A model generated the notes under the pieces. That model was not told where the DNA came from. It did not search any database and saw nothing but the letters and a program-made list of their open reading frames with translations. The position numbers and the translations under genes were made by a program. From IMG/VR virus record IMGVR_UViG_3300022591_000002: 64,000 bases of DNA; one strand, written 5' to 3'. Below, one piece after another: positions 63,550 through 64,000 of this stretch (positions within the stretch are counted from its first letter, which is position 1; every line of letters starts with the position of its first letter). This DNA is from a virus. Its lineage: Duplodnaviria; Caudoviricetes.

Positions 63550-63836
63550 GTATTTTCCAAAATCCAAGAGTTTAAAATTTTAAGCAATTCCCAATTTAAT
63601 GATGCTCCAGTTTGATCTGCTAAATTTCTTGCATCATCAGTCATACCATTAAGGTAATCAATGGTTAATTGTGGCGCACAAAAATTAATTGGTTTGCGTG
63701 GCTCAAATTCATTAACAATTCGAATTACTTCACGAACTTTATGCCAATCATGGAAATCATAAAACTTTTGATAATAAAAATTTTCTGATTTTCCATCCTC
63801 TTCTTTTGAAATATTAAGTTCATAAGATGTAGTCAT
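63546..63836 (-). CDS. Hypothetical protein
   Basis: Coupled ORF. Confidence 0.55.
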   Translation of the reverse strand: MTTSYELNISKEEDGKSENFYYQKFYDFHDWHKVREVIRIVNEFEPRKPINFCAPQLTIDYLNGMTDDARNLADQTGASLNWELLKILNSWILENT

Positions 63837-63934
63837 AGTTTTCCTATCATTAAATGTAAATAATCAACAATTATTGTTAATTCGCCAAAAATTAATCCTG
63901 CTACAAAAGAAAACCAAAGCGCTATTATTTTCAT
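63833..63934 (-). CDS. Small membrane peptide (33 aa)
   Basis: MKIIALWFSFVAGLIFG...; ATGA overlaps on both sides. Confidence 0.45.
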   Translation of the reverse strand: MKIIALWFSFVAGLIFGELTIIVDYLHLMIGKL

Positions 63935-64000
63935 TTTTCCATCCAAATATAAAAAATTGTGGCAAAAATAAGCAACCAGCAAATTGCACCAGTTAAAGCC

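Noticed and set aside
1-64000. Alternative genetic code (TAG or TGA recoding), known in some jumbo phages
   Set aside because: Core genes are full-length in code 11, and TAG and TGA both end genes with coupled downstream starts.

Overview
The window appears to join two different phage sequences. Positions 1 to about 58,664 are part of a T4-like jumbo myophage. (i) 1-11.6 kb is morphogenesis and packaging: tail sheath (5'-truncated), tail tube, baseplate junction, gp4-like nuclease and terminase. (ii) 11.8-25.4 kb is replication and recombination: gp32 SSB, UvsX/UvsY/UvsW, a 191-aa mini DnaE, primase and helicase. (iii) 25.5-42.5 kb is an accessory/early region of small ORFs, most behind a repeated sigma70 promoter/RBS cassette, plus tRNA-Ile(CAU) and two or three candidate structured ncRNAs. 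(iv) 42.5-58.7 kb is a modification island: 2OG-Fe oxygenases, a glycosyltransferase, IscA/IscU, an APS-kinase fusion, a B12-type radical SAM, UDP-glucose dehydrogenase and four clustered radical SAM enzymes ending in a protein with a (CxCNCN/DY)x4 tail. That last cluster is the best candidate for an undescribed system: a phage-encoded RiPP-like or virion-protein maturation pathway. From about 58,670 to the end, gene content and sequence style switch to a small P22/lambdoid-like phage (virion protein, tail-collar fibre, holin, GH19 endolysin, YqaJ exonuclease). The motif GCWGC was not found by eye in the first segment but is frequent in the second. The Proteobacteria-like IscU/IscA/YqgE suggest a (beta)proteobacterial host (inference). 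All family assignments come from motif recognition, not database searches.
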